This document shows positions 1-12,005 of a stretch of DNA of 64,000 nt, in pieces. The DNA is taken from the NCBI RefSeq assembly GCF_009914755.1, contig NC_060926.1; one strand, 5' to 3'. Below the pieces are notes generated by a model that did no database searches, was not told the DNA's origin, and saw only the letters and a list, made by a program, of their open reading frames with translations. Positions within the stretch are counted from its first letter, which is position 1. Each line of letters opens with the position of its first letter. A program made the translations under genes and the position numbers. The stretch is from the human T2T-CHM13v2.0 reference genome, Homo sapiens.

Positions 1-124
1 CCAAAGTTAGTTCAGCCTATGCCCAGGAATGAACAAGGATAGCTTGGAGGTTAGAAGCAAGATGGCGTTGCCTGGGTCAGATCTTTTTCACTGTCTCGGT
101 TATAATTTTTCAATGGTGGTTTCA
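1..124 (-). mobile_element. LTR8-type ERV1 LTR, 5' end (continues beyond window start)
   Basis: Reverse complement reads TGAAACCACCATTGAAAAATTATAACCGAGACAGTGAAAAAGATCTGAC...CCATCTTGCTTCTAACCTCCAAGCT..., matching the recalled LTR8 start. Confidence 0.8.
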
Positions 125-220
125 CTAGTCCATAGAAATTGTGGGAGATAATATATGATTATTGCTGTTTAAAATTATTACATTTGGAGAAGATTTGTTA
201 TGGCACAATTTAGAGATCAA
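125..220 (+). mobile_element. MLT1 (MaLR) LTR 3' fragment interrupted by LTR8
   Basis: agaaattgtgggagataata...tttggagaagatttgttatggca resembles the MLT1 3' end. Confidence 0.55.
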
Positions 221-282
221 TCAGTTCACAAATATATTTTTCCTATTTGGTGGACCAGGGAGAAGAAACAAAGCATTGATCT

Positions 283-410
283 ACTCATTCATTTATTCAA
301 CAAGTATTTGCTGAGCACGTACATGTGCCAGGCCTTGTTCTGGGGCTGAGAAAACAGCAGGGAATAAAATAGAAAATTACGCTTCCCTCATGGAGCTGAC
401 CTTTTAGAGG
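283..410 (-). mobile_element. L2 3'-end fragment
   Basis: cattcatttattcaacaagtatttgctgagcac...tgtgccagg...catggagctgac is the typical L2 3' terminus. Confidence 0.75.
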
Positions 411-1226
411 ACTCGACCGTGTTGCTCCAAGTTTCCCAGGGTGACCACCATGCATTCCATGCTGCTCCCTCCTGTTCTGCTGAGTCAGAACTATTGAAAA
501 GGAGCCAAGTGTGGAATATCCTTAGCATCACAAGGACATTGTCTACTCTTCTCTAATTATAAGTAAAAGAGCTAATAGAATGCAAAGCTAGGGGAAAAAG
601 AGGAAAATGTTAATACTGAATCAAACCTAACTCAATTAAAAAAAAAAAAAGAAAAGAAAAAGAATTTGGTAATAATTTCTGAAGGAAAAAGAAGGAGGAA
701 GGTAATTTTTGATGGTAGAACACTTCTGAGCATGGAAAGTGCATCTGATTAGAGACTTTATCCAGTCAGAGGGAAGCCGGGGACATAGGAAACCATAGGG
801 TATAAGTCAGAAGGAAAAATGAGAAAAATCCAAAGGAACATTATGCTTCCCTGGAAATTGTGCCGAGCCAGCTCTTTTGAAGACACAAAGGGCTACAAAA
901 ATCACAACCATTTCTAAGTCACCCCAGAGCTCATATAAAATAGCCAGATTCTATGACAGGTTGCCTGCAATTTTTCTTTTGCTTAGCTCTAAGGGTTTAT
1001 AAGAGGAAGAGTGAAATCACCAAGCCTAACTTTTCTCTAAGGTGGGTCAATTGACTGCCCACCATAGGCAAATTGCAGATTTTGCAGGCCCCTAGAAAGT
1101 TGTAATTGCAGATTGATTCCTCCATCCTAAGAGGAGGAAGAGTAAAGCTGCTCACTAGGCTCGAAGCTGGGTAGAGAGCCTAGTCAAACTGTTGGTGCCT
1201 CATGACTCAGGAGCCAAACAGCAAGG

Positions 1227-1274
1227 CACCTTGTGAGAAAAGATTGGAAGCACCTTGTGAGAAAAGATTGGAAG
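1227..1274. repeat. Perfect 24-bp tandem duplication (caccttgtgagaaaagattggaag x2)
   Basis: Directly visible: copies at 1227-1250 and 1251-1274. Confidence 0.95.
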
Positions 1275-2129
1275 TCTGAGGACTTCCCAGCAAGCCTAGG
1301 AGTGTGAATGCCTAGGAGATGGCCAGCTGGAAAGCAATCTTGGGTCTCAAAGGATTTCTCTGCTCTCTTGTGAAAAACAATAATCTTCACTTCCAGCAAT
1401 CACCTGATTAAAAATCTCACTTCCGTGGTCTCTAAAGTTCTTTCAATATCTAAAAAAAATTTGGCATAGTCTTTTATCACAACTATGGCTAAGAGGAAGC
1501 AAATAAAGTCTGGGAATCTTGATAGGTATTTTTTTGTTGTTGTTAATTAAAGAGTTTCTAAGATTAACCTTCTCTCTACAACTTACAGCCTCTTAAAGTG
1601 GAAAAGATAAAAGTGTCATCTAAAGAAAAATGCCCCAAACTAAAGCTGGCTTAAATGGAGAAAACTCATAGAGAGAGTTACTTGTGTTCTAAACACATAC
1701 ACAATATAAATGGTGTCAAAAGTTTAGAATCTAGAATTTTTAAGTCTACTTTATGTTATCTACAGAATACATTCTAAATTTGAAAGCAAACTAAGAACAA
1801 TATTTCTCTTAGTGTTTATTTCAGGTTTCTTTTGCCCCAAATTAATTGGGAAGCAGGGAAAAATAAAAAACTAAAAAATGTTTCATCCAACCACAGGGAG
1901 AAAACCAAACACTCAGCCAAGCTATTCGCCTGGGCAGCCTGCACCTAGAAAGCACAAATGACTCTCTCTTCTACCCTTCTCTCTGATAAAAGAATACTGA
2001 GCTATTCTTTGAATGAAAGAAGAATCTCTACCTACATAGTGAGATATACCTTTAAGGGGAAAAATAAAAATACTTCTTGGAAAGTACACAGTTATATGGT
2101 TAAGGGATTTTTTTTTCCCCTTAACAGAA

Positions 2130-3125
2130 AAATTATAAACCTACCAAAACATGAACATTGTCAAAAGATCAAGGAAAAACATTTTTGCCATATTTATAGA
2201 TTTTTTTTTTTAGTGACAGCTTATTCAAATCACCCAATAGGAAAATGACTTACAACCTGGCAGAAAAATGGCAAAAGGATGTGAAGTGGCAATGTACAGA
2301 CAGCAATATAAATAGTTATCATACAAGAGATATTCAGTTTCACTCATTCATGAAAATGTAAATAAAAAAATAAATGGGATATCATGTTTTACTTCTCAGG
2401 AAGACAACAAATTTAAAAGTTTGAGGTCATCTGGAGCTGTTAGAGAGCTGGGAAATGTGAGCTCTCATAAATTGTTAAGTGAGATAATAATTTGGTATAA
2501 TTTTACAAAAGGAAAATTTGCCAATACCTATCAAAATATAAAATAAACATGTCTTTGACCCAATAATTTTACTACATATACACACACTCAAATAAAGTTT
2601 ACTTCTAAAAATGCCCCTGAATATACATGAAAAAATTTTATGTTAATATGTGTGTTTAATTATTTGTGTGTGGCATGGCCTTATCTTCACACATATGGGT
2701 GTCCATTGCAGCACTGTCTGTAAAAGATTAAAACTAGATACGACCAAAGTCCATCTGCAGGGATGTGGGACTGTAAAATAATAAAACACTGTAAAGTCAT
2801 TAAAAAGAATAAATTAGACCTGTATGAAATTATATGGAAATATCACATAATGCAAGTGAAGGAAGCAAAGTGTAGGACAGTCTATCTAGTATGATTATTT
2901 TGTTATGAAATAAACATACAAATGTGCAGGGAAAAGAAAGACACAAGGACATGCAATGACCTCCAACCCCCACTGTAAGATATATAAAACCGTCAATCAG
3001 TTACACTTTGGAGAAAGCCTGGGAGGTGGGGTGGGCACAAAGGAAAAGAATTTTATTTTTTTGACTTGTACATTTTTGTATATTTTTAGCCTCATACATT
3101 GCTAATTTTATAAAAATACCAAAAA
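2130..3125 (+). mobile_element. Old L1M (L1ME-type) 3' fragment
   Basis: Degenerate L1 ORF2-end/3'UTR phrases (aaaatggcaaaaggatgtgaa, tttgacccaataatt, cattgcagcactgtctgtaa). Confidence 0.65.
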
Positions 3126-3549
3126 GTTATCTGACAAGGAAAATTATCCAACTCTTGTTTTCTCCTTTGTACTTCTCTGCACTAAATATTAGCTAATACA
3201 TTAATATATACATATAGTTTCCTGGCTCTTTTTCTTGCATGTTGAAAATCAAAGTTAAATTTCTCTACCAGTTATATAATTAAAGCCTGTCAGATTCAAA
3301 GAGAAATTATGAAAACTGATTTTCTAAGAAAGGGAGGACATAAGGATGCACCACTGATGCTCTTACTTTTAATAAATCCTTTTCTTTAAACAGCAATAGG
3401 TTTTCTAGCCAATCTTTTAATGTGATTCTTCTGCTCATGCCAATTCATGTCTGGGGATGGTTTCGCTGCCTTTAGTTAAACACTAAAGAGTTGTCAGGCA
3501 AAGGCACCAAGTCAGGCGTCTTCAGGACAGATACCGAAACACAGAAAGG

Positions 3550-4294
3550 ACCAAAAAAACAGAAGTAAAATAAACCTGAGAACTTAAATAAAATGGACAA
3601 ATTCCTTTAAAGGTAAAAATTAGCAAAACTACAACATGAAAGAGAAATTCTGAATAGTTTTATAGCTATTAAACAAATGGAATTACTAAGTAAAACCCAG
3701 TAACAACTAGTGTACTATTATATATACTAAAATCTAAAACCTGACAATAGCTAGAATGATCTATATGGTAATTGATTAGAGTAGGAGACATTAATATGAA
3801 TTCATGTTAGATTAATGTAGATATAGAGATAGATTATATGTAGAAATATTTATCGATTATATACTGCTGGAGTGAAAGCACACAGGTATCTGTATAAAAA
3901 GGATCATTATCTCTTACATCATGGCATATGAAAAAATTAACTTAAAATACATCACAGACCTGAAGGTAAAACTTAACTATAAAACTTCTTATAAAAAAAG
4001 AATAAAAATCTTTGTATCCCTGGGATAGGCAAAGATTTTTACACAGAACACAGAAAACACAAAATCATAAATTTTAAAAATAAAAAAATTGTATTTTATC
4101 AAATGAAAACCTTTTTCTCTTTGTAAGACAACATTATGAACATTAAAAAGCAAGCCACGAAGTGAGAGGAGTTATTCGTAATATGTAGATCTGACGAAGG
4201 ACTTTATTCAGAATACATAAAGATATATCACAACTCAATAATGAGAAAAACAAGCTATTTAATAAATGAGGAAAAGATTTGAAAAGATGTTTCA
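3550..4294 (+). mobile_element. Old L1M fragments (ORF2 distal region), first part of host element
   Basis: aaaatggacaaattcct, gggataggcaaagattt, aagcaagccac, atctgacgaagg: degenerate L1 ORF2 3' sequence. Confidence 0.65.
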
Positions 4295-4400
4295 AATGTG
4301 TGGCGGGGGCAAGGGGTATATGGGACATCTCTGTAACTTCCTTTCAGTTTTGCTGTGAACCTAAAACTGTTCTAAGAAAATAACGTCTTTTTTTAAAAAG
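4295..4400 (+). mobile_element. L1MC-type 3' terminus
   Basis: ggggtatatgggacatctctgta...ttttgctgtgaacctaaaactgttctaa is the L1MC-type 3' end. Confidence 0.7.
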
Positions 4401-4612
4401 CAGGCATTTTATAGCATAGGCTAAAACTGCATATGCAGCCATGATATAATTCTATGGATACACGCACATCATATGGAAATGTTCCTTGACTGGGTCTTAA
4501 AAAGTAACATAAAATGAAATAAAGAAAAATCAAATAATTTCTAATCAATCAGTTTACAATCCTGGGAATTTTTCATTTAGCTAAACTTACCATAGAGATA
4601 ACATAAGATGCA

Positions 4613-4681
4613 AGAAACAAACCAAAAAAAAAAAAAAGAAAAAAAGAAAGAAAGAAAGAAAGGAAATAAGAAAGAAAGGAA
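4613..4681 (+). repeat. A-rich / (AAAG)n tract
   Basis: Directly visible. Confidence 0.85.
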
Positions 4682-4721
4682 GTCCATTAAGCAGAATTCA
4701 AGTTGTCACATATTTATAGCT

Positions 4722-5236
4722 CCATCAGAGGGGTCCATTTGTTAACAGCCGATGAACCTATGTTGACACATCATAATCACTCAAAGTCCACAGTTTACAT
4801 TAGAGTTTGCTATTGCTGTTGTACATCCTATGAGCTTTGACAAATGTATAATGACACGTATCCATTTTTATAGTGTCATATAGACTAGTTTCACTGCCTT
4901 AAAAATCCTCTGTGCTCCAGGTATCCATCCCCCAATCCCCAACCCCTGGTAACCACTGATCTTTTTATGGTGTCCATAGTTTTGTCATTTCCAGATGTCA
5001 TATACTTGGAATACAGAGTATGTAACCTCTTCAGATTGGCTTCTATCACTTAGTAATATGCATTTAAGTTTCCTCCATGGCTTTTCATGGCTTGATAGCA
5101 CATTTCTTTTTAGTGCTGAATAATATTCCATTGTCAGGACGTACCACAGTTAATTTATTTGTTCACTTGCTGAAGGATATCGGCATCATGGTTGCTTCCA
5201 AGTTTTGACAATTACGAACAAAGCTGCTGTAAATAT
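4722..5236 (-). mobile_element. L1MC1/2-type 3' region
   Basis: gatgaacctatgttgacacatcataatcactcaaagtccacagtttacattag...taatattccattgtcaggacgtaccacagtt matches L1MC on the minus strand. Confidence 0.75.
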
Positions 5237-5244
5237 AAAAAAAA

Positions 5245-6040
5245 GAAAAGACATTTCAGAGAAGAACACATGACATCTAATAAGTACATTTAAAAGTGCT
5301 CAACATCATAAGTCATCAGGGAAAAAAGTTAAAATCACCATGAGATACCTCTACATACTCATTGAAATAGCTAAAATTAAAATGACTAACATCAAATGTT
5401 GGTTGGAATATAAAGCAACTAAAATTTGTATCTATTTTCTTGGGACTACAAAATGGTAAAATCAATTTGGAAAAATGTTTGGCAGCTTCTGCTAAAGCTG
5501 AACATACATCTACCATTAAATCCAGACATTCTACTCCTAGATATTTGCCTAAGATGAAAACATATAGCCACACAAAAACTTGTACACAAATGTTTATGGC
5601 AATTATTTTTTGATAATCAAAAATCAGAGGGAGGGGACCCAAATGTCTATAAAACAGATGAATGTATAAACTGCAATGTGTCCACACAAAGAAATAATAA
5701 TTAGCAATAAAAAAGATCAAAGTACTAATTTAGCAACATAGATGAATCTCAAAATTATGTTGATTGAAAGAAACAGAGCATTCTGTTATTTTTACACTTT
5801 TGTATAAAATTTAGAAAACGCAAACAATCTGTAACGACAGAAAGTAGACCTGTGGTTGCCTGGTGCCAAAGGCAATGTGTAAAATCAATTTTAGAGAGGA
5901 AAGAGGAATTGGGGAGGGAGATGGTGATAAAAATGCCGTGTCTCCATTGTAGTGATGGTTTCTTGGGTGTATACGGGTGTCAAAACTCACATAATTGTAT
6001 TTATTGTACATAAATTATATTGCAATAAAGTTTTTTAAAG
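5245..6040 (+). mobile_element. Old L1M (L1ME-type) 3' end, continuation of 3888-4294 host
   Basis: aagtgctcaacatcat, ttggaaaaatgtttggcag, gatgaatctcaaaattatgttgattgaaagaaac, tatattgcaataaagtt terminus. Confidence 0.75.
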
Positions 6041-7072
6041 AGTCATTTACCTATTATTTTAGACAGAAATCATCAAGAATTGAGAGAAACATACACAAGA
6101 GTTGGAGTAAAAGGTGGAGCCAAGATTTAGTCCTAGCTGATAAATATCAGGAAGGCAGAATCAAGAGAAAGATATCTTTGGTCTTAACTGCAAGAGATGG
6201 CAAGTTACCAGGTCTGACACTGATGTGTTCAAAGGTTCTGGTGTTGTGATAGGAGGTGTTATCTCACCAAGTTGCTTTCTCTAATCCATTCCTTCTTTAA
6301 CTGGTCCCCATACTCCCTGCCTCTGAAGCTATGGATTCCAAGGTTAACACTCACCTTAGAACTCTGCCATATAAATAGTAAGATATTATCTGTTAAGCCA
6401 ATGTTTCAAGTAGTGATGTCTAACAATCATTTAATGTCCTCTTCCTTCAACACCCCAACCCCAGTTGAGACATTTGACTTTTAACAGGGTGCTCCCACAT
6501 TTAGTAGAACCCACACTGTAAACTCTATAAAGGTGTGAGTCACGGCACTAAGGCTGATGAAGGGCGGGATGAGTTCAATCAGTGGAGCTTTTAGCTTGGC
6601 TCCTGCAACCATGAGATATTTTCCCTTCTAACAGTAAGGTCTGCCCTACCAAATTGTAAAAGAATGAAGACCAGGACTTTTAGCAAACAGAAAATCACCC
6701 ACACAAAATCAGAGTGTCCCCAGGACAAATGGCACCTTTCCAGGACATCTTCTGAGTTCTACCACTGTTGTCATCTCATGCTTCAGTAGGGGACTCAGGT
6801 GCAAAGGTAGGGCACACATGCCCTAGGTGACCTCCTCAGAACCCTGACCTATTTCTTTCAACTACTTGCCCATATGCAAAGGCAACCTAATAGAATCAAA
6901 AGAGTTTCTTTTTAAAGCAGGTGTGTGATCTTGTGTGGGCAGCTTTTTAACTTCTACCCCGTGAGAAAAGCAAACATCTTAAGCAATCAAAAATTATGTA
7001 GTATGTGTAGTAATTGTTTCACAAGCTAATAATTTTTCTCCTCCCTTCCTTTTCCCTTCCCTCAGTGCAAGC

Positions 7073-7544
7073 TGTAGTGGCTTGAATTGTGTTCCACAAA
7101 AAGATACACCGAAGTTCTAATTCCAGTACCTGTGAATGTAACCTTATTTGAACACAGGGTCTTTGCTGATGTAATTAGTTAAGGATCTCCAGATGAAATC
7201 ATCCTGGATTTAGAGTAAGCCCTGAATGCAATGACTGGTGTCTTTATAAGAGGAAAGGACACTCAGAGGAAAGGACACACAGAGACACAGAGCAGAAGGC
7301 CATGTGAAGATAGAGGCAGAGAGGAGCTGCAGGCCACAGAGCACCGAGGACCACTGCGAGCCTCCAGCAGCTAGGAGGAGGCAGGAAAGATTCTCCCCTA
7401 GAGCCTTCCAAGGAAGTACGGCCCTGCTGTCACTTTGATTTCTGACTTCAGGTCTCCAGAGCTGTGAGAGAATAAATTTCTGTTGTTTTCAGCAACCTAG
7501 TTTGTGGAAATTTGTTATGGCAGGCCTAGGACACGAAATATACA
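7073..7544 (+). mobile_element. MLT1C-type MaLR solo LTR
   Basis: TG...CA ends; cctgtgaatgtaaccttatttg, gattctcccctagagcct, gctgtgagagaataaatttctgttgtttt. Confidence 0.85.
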
Positions 7545-7653
7545 GGCCAATCCTATAAACCCACCCAGAGCACCAATAATATTTAATTTAGACCATGTCC
7601 CAAAGCTATGTCAGAAGAGCAAAGAACTAAAATTATAAGCTGTAATTTTTCAT

Positions 7654-7920
7654 GCTGGGTGCAGTGGCTCATGTACTTGGGGAGGGCGAGGAAGAACAAT
7701 GGCCTGGGCGACATAGCAAATTCTCTCTACAAAAATATTTTAAAAAATAAAAAATGTGCTGGGTGTGGTGGTGCATGCCTGTAGTCCTAGCTACTCAGGA
7801 GGCTGAGGTGGGAGGATCACTTGAGCTTGGGAGATCGAGGCTGCAGCTGCAGTGAGCTAGATTATGCCACTGCAATCCAGGCTGGGCAACAGAGTGAGAC
7901 CCTGTCTCAAAAAAAAAATA
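7654..7920 (+). mobile_element. AluJ with deletions in the left arm
   Basis: Right arm ggaggatcacttgagc...gaggctgcag (J diagnostic) and A tail; left arm lacks several blocks. Confidence 0.85.
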
Positions 7921-7999
7921 AAATTGTAAATCTAGTTTAAGATAAAATCAAAATACTAAATGATGTCATGTAGAGAAAAGCCAAGAGCTGTTAAAATTG

Positions 8000-8680
8000 C
8001 ACAGTGGTACAAGTATTTTGAAAAACTACCTGGTATTATCTTGTAAAGCTGAAGATGTGCACATCCTTTCACAGAACATGACTACAGTAGAGAAACTGTT
8101 GCACATATTGACAAGTGTAAGAATCTTTCTCAAACATCGTTGTTTCTAATAGCCACAAACTGGAAATAATCCAAATGTCCATCAACAGCATAACAATATA
8201 CAAAATGCACTGTATATTTACAAATAAAATGTTATTCTACAGTGAATATTCATAAAATACAGCTACATGCAACCAACTGAATGACTTTTTCAAACATGAT
8301 GTTGAATCAAAGGCAAGAATATACATATGTATATATATATATATACATATAGCATGATTTCATTTATATAAAATCTTGAAGATAGTTCTCAAATGTAAAT
8401 TATGTTATTTGAAGATGAATACTTGGGTAGTAAAACTGTAAAGCAGAACAAGATAGTGATTAATATAAAATTCAGGATAGTAGCTAACTCTAAAAGGGAA
8501 GGTCAGTGGTTATGATAGGGAAGAAATACACAGGGCTGAGGGGAGGGGTGGGCTTTTATTGCATTGATAACTTTCTTTTTATTTCGTTGGGTGGTGGTTT
8601 TGTGATTATTTATATTTTTTCTATACCTTTATTCATTATATTATTTTTCTTAATATAAACTATTTTTTAAAATAATTTTT
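8000..8680 (+). mobile_element. Old L1ME 3' fragment
   Basis: aatagccacaaactggaaataatccaaatgtccatcaaca, agctacatgcaac, aaattcaggatagtag. Confidence 0.7.
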
Positions 8681-9029
8681 TTGAAAAATGATAAAGGATA
8701 AAAAAGGAACAAAAAATATCAACAGAAGCATAAAATGTTCCTATTCACGTTGAAGAAATGTGTATGTTTTCATGTGGTTCTTTCACATTATCTTTCCTGC
8801 TCTGGTTTCCAGCCTGTCAGCTAAACTCTTGTCAAGGCATTTTCTACTGAAATCCACGGTTCTGGAAAAGAAGGGAATGTGATGGAAAAGCTCAGCAAAT
8901 CTCAACTGTTACCTTGGGGTCAGGGCTCTATGGAGAATGTGGTTTAGCTTTGCCACAGACTACCTCCCCCAAAGCTGCTAAGTGGTGACAGAGCTTGGTT
9001 GGGGATTGGTGTAGGTGCAGAAAGAGGCC

Positions 9030-9230
9030 AGCTAACATGTAGCACTTTGCCAATTCAGAACGGATTTTCACGTGGTCTTGTCTGAGCCTCACCCTAGCTC
9101 TGTGAGAACACCTTACTGCTGCTGTTATACTTTTGAGATTGTTAATGCTGCAGAGAAATTAAGGGACTTGTGCAAAGTCACAAATTAGGGAAATGACAGT
9201 GCCAGAATTGGAAACCAAGTTTTCCCCAGT
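9030..9230 (-). mobile_element. MIR
   Basis: cagagaaattaagggacttgtgcaaagtcacaaa...gacagtgccagaattggaaacc core. Confidence 0.6.
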
Positions 9231-10874
9231 GGAATTTGGTGACCTTTAATGGAGTTCTGTGGCAAATTTACTGACATCCACATAAATGTGGCAGGAGACT
9301 CTGCAGTACTTAACTGATTTGATGCAAATGTCTCAAACTCAGGCTGTCATGGTGGGCTGTGAGCCAGCAGGCTCTGATGGGCTGTCCAGAACACAGACAT
9401 GGTTTAAGCTAATCACAGTACATCTGAAGACATTAGTCTTTTGTAAGGCTTGTACATATGGCATAGTCAGAAGACAACATTAATATTGCTCATGAGGGTT
9501 TGTACTGCTTAGCAAAGTCCTTCGTTTCTCTTCCATGTGGTTGATATTCCATACCCTCCCAAACATTACACACTCCTAGCCAAACCTCAGTTCTTTATAA
9601 ACTCAAAGCAATGAATCACTTAGTAAATCATTTCAGATAAATAGACAGAATCAGATCTCCGTTTGGATTTCCTGCTGAAGAAAGTAGTGTGCCGACCCTG
9701 GCTATTTCATATTGCTGCCCTCCATGCCAATAAATCAACCACTTGCAATATTGTTTCTAAGAAATCTCCCAGGTCGTCGTGAGGTTTCAACAGAGGATAT
9801 ATGAAAAGACTGAACAAATATGATTGTTTCATCCTCATTTCTTTCCTCAAAGCTTTTGCAAATTTAAGCAAGCTATTTTTTTATGATCTCCTCAATGAAT
9901 TGCAGAAGTCTATTGAAACCATTCCTGGTATTAGTACTTTGACTTTAGGTGTCAAAAGGTAAAGTTTGCATCCCTTAAATGCTTTGATAAAGTAACTTTG
10001 AAATAAAATATAAGCTACAATAAAATCCAAACTGAGGTCCCAGTCAGCATTAAGATGGATATATTTCTCTTGCTTTTTCAAGATGATTCTATCATACACA
10101 ATGCATTTGAGACATAGGCCAATGAATTAGTAATTTTGCAGAATGGTAAAGCTTCGTTAAAATCACTAGAATCTGGTAGACAGAGACAAATCAAAGATGG
10201 CATTGTAATGAAACAGCACATGGTTGCAATGGTGTTTGCTTATTATCTATTAAGCTGCATGTGATGCTGGATTTAGGCATAATTTACTCCCTATTCTAAG
10301 ATGGGACTGGTCACCTTGTGGATATGTAAAAGAGCATTCAGGTCACCTCCTTTTCTCTCCTCAGCCCTGCCTGAGAGTTACCTTCATAGTACAATTGCAC
10401 AGGCCTTTATCACCTAAAATAATCTCTCCATTGTCACCATGCTTCCATTTCAAATGAAAAACAAGAAGAAAACGAGTTGGAACCTTAGTACAGTATACCT
10501 CATTTGAAGAATTAGGAAGCCCTACATCTAGAGTTTGTCTTTTAAGTTAGGATGGCACACGTATCATATAATCGATATATAAGAATAAGGCAATTATTTT
10601 ATTTTTAGTGTCTGGTGGAGTCCAAGGAAAGGCCATGGAGAGAATGGCTGTCATCTGGAGCTGGAATCTAGCATGACTGAGGTGCATGACTCTGGTGAAC
10701 CAAGTAACAATGGCATTCCTTTTCTCAGTGCTCTCACTGTGCGTTTACATCTAAATGAAATTGTCTTTGATATGAGAATATACAAAGATATAAAGAGGAA
10801 CAAATCAGTCCGGATTCTTAGACCAATAATTGCAGAAAAATTTAAGTATTTTTACACCTACTGGAAACCTTCAC

Positions 10875-11050
10875 TTGAAATTGCTGGAAGACTTAGAACC
10901 CATAAACCTCAGTTTCCAAATCTGTAAAATAAGGATAATAACTGTACTTTCTTTACTGGGTTGCTGTGAAGGTTTAATGAAATCATATAAAGTACTTAAC
11001 AAGAAGTTGAGTACCTAGTAATTGCTTAATAAAAGTTACAATTAATGATT
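10875..11050 (+). mobile_element. MIR
   Basis: cctcagtttccaaatctgtaaaataaggataata...gggttgctgtgaagg core. Confidence 0.75.
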
Positions 11051-11829
11051 ATATTTGCATTGTTTCCCAGCTAAAATATTCATTTGCATATAAAATTTTA
11101 AGGTTAATAAGGTGAAGCAATAATAAAAATACCATATACCAGAATATTGTGTTGCAACCTAAATATCGATTTTTCCTCCATTATGTCATTTACTGTTCAC
11201 AGACATCTCAAGGTTCTATATTTCCGTGTTCCAGGAGAGAAAACCAAAACTAATCTCTCTGGGGAGTTCATACACAGAAAGCAGAAATATTGCATTGCAC
11301 TTGTATAAATTGATTGTATTAAAGACTGTCTCAAACATTTCCAAAAATTGGTTTCAACTTTTTTAAACTAATATGACTTTGAACTATATTTTATAATTTT
11401 GATCATGACAAAATGTTCTTAAATTGTACTCTGACCATTCAGTCAGAAGTGCCATATTCAAGTAAGCCTCTTTCATTTTCCTTTTGTGTGTCTTTCTTTA
11501 AAAATAAGGAGAATATTAAAGGTATATGTGCAGGAATATGTCACGTGTGCAAAGGCACCTCATGGGATTTTAATCAGCAGGTATCTCAGGGACCTTTTGC
11601 AAGAAGGATGAAATGGAGGTGCAAATAAGGTAGTGGCTTTATTTTGTTTGCTTGTTTTCAACAAAAGCTTTATCCAATTAACCATGGGATAGGTTAATGA
11701 TAATTTCTTACAGAACAACTGTGTTAAATCTATGAAGTGTTGCTATTTTCATGGGAATTGGGGGGTGATTAAAAAGATTTAATGGTTCCTTAAAATAGCA
11801 AATGACACCTAATCTAGGTAAAGCAATGA

Positions 11830-12005
11830 GCTAGCTCCATCCTGCCTGAACAATAGAATCACCTGGAGCTTTCAGAAATGACTCAAGTCTGCACCTCACC
11901 CACAAGAAATGGAGACTTAACGGGTCTGCAGCGGGGCCTAAACACTGATATGACGTAAAAGCTCTTCAGGCGTTTCTAGTCTGCAGCTGTGGTTGGGAGT
12001 TACTT
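11830..12005. mobile_element. MER5-type hAT DNA transposon
   Basis: agaatcacctggagcttt...aagctcttcaggcgtttcta...ggttgggagttact. Confidence 0.6.

Noticed and set aside
6530-6735. Possible ancient tRNA-derived SINE (MamSINE1-like) with an AP-1 site
   Set aside because: Resemblance too weak to call without an HMM search; no tRNA cloverleaf.
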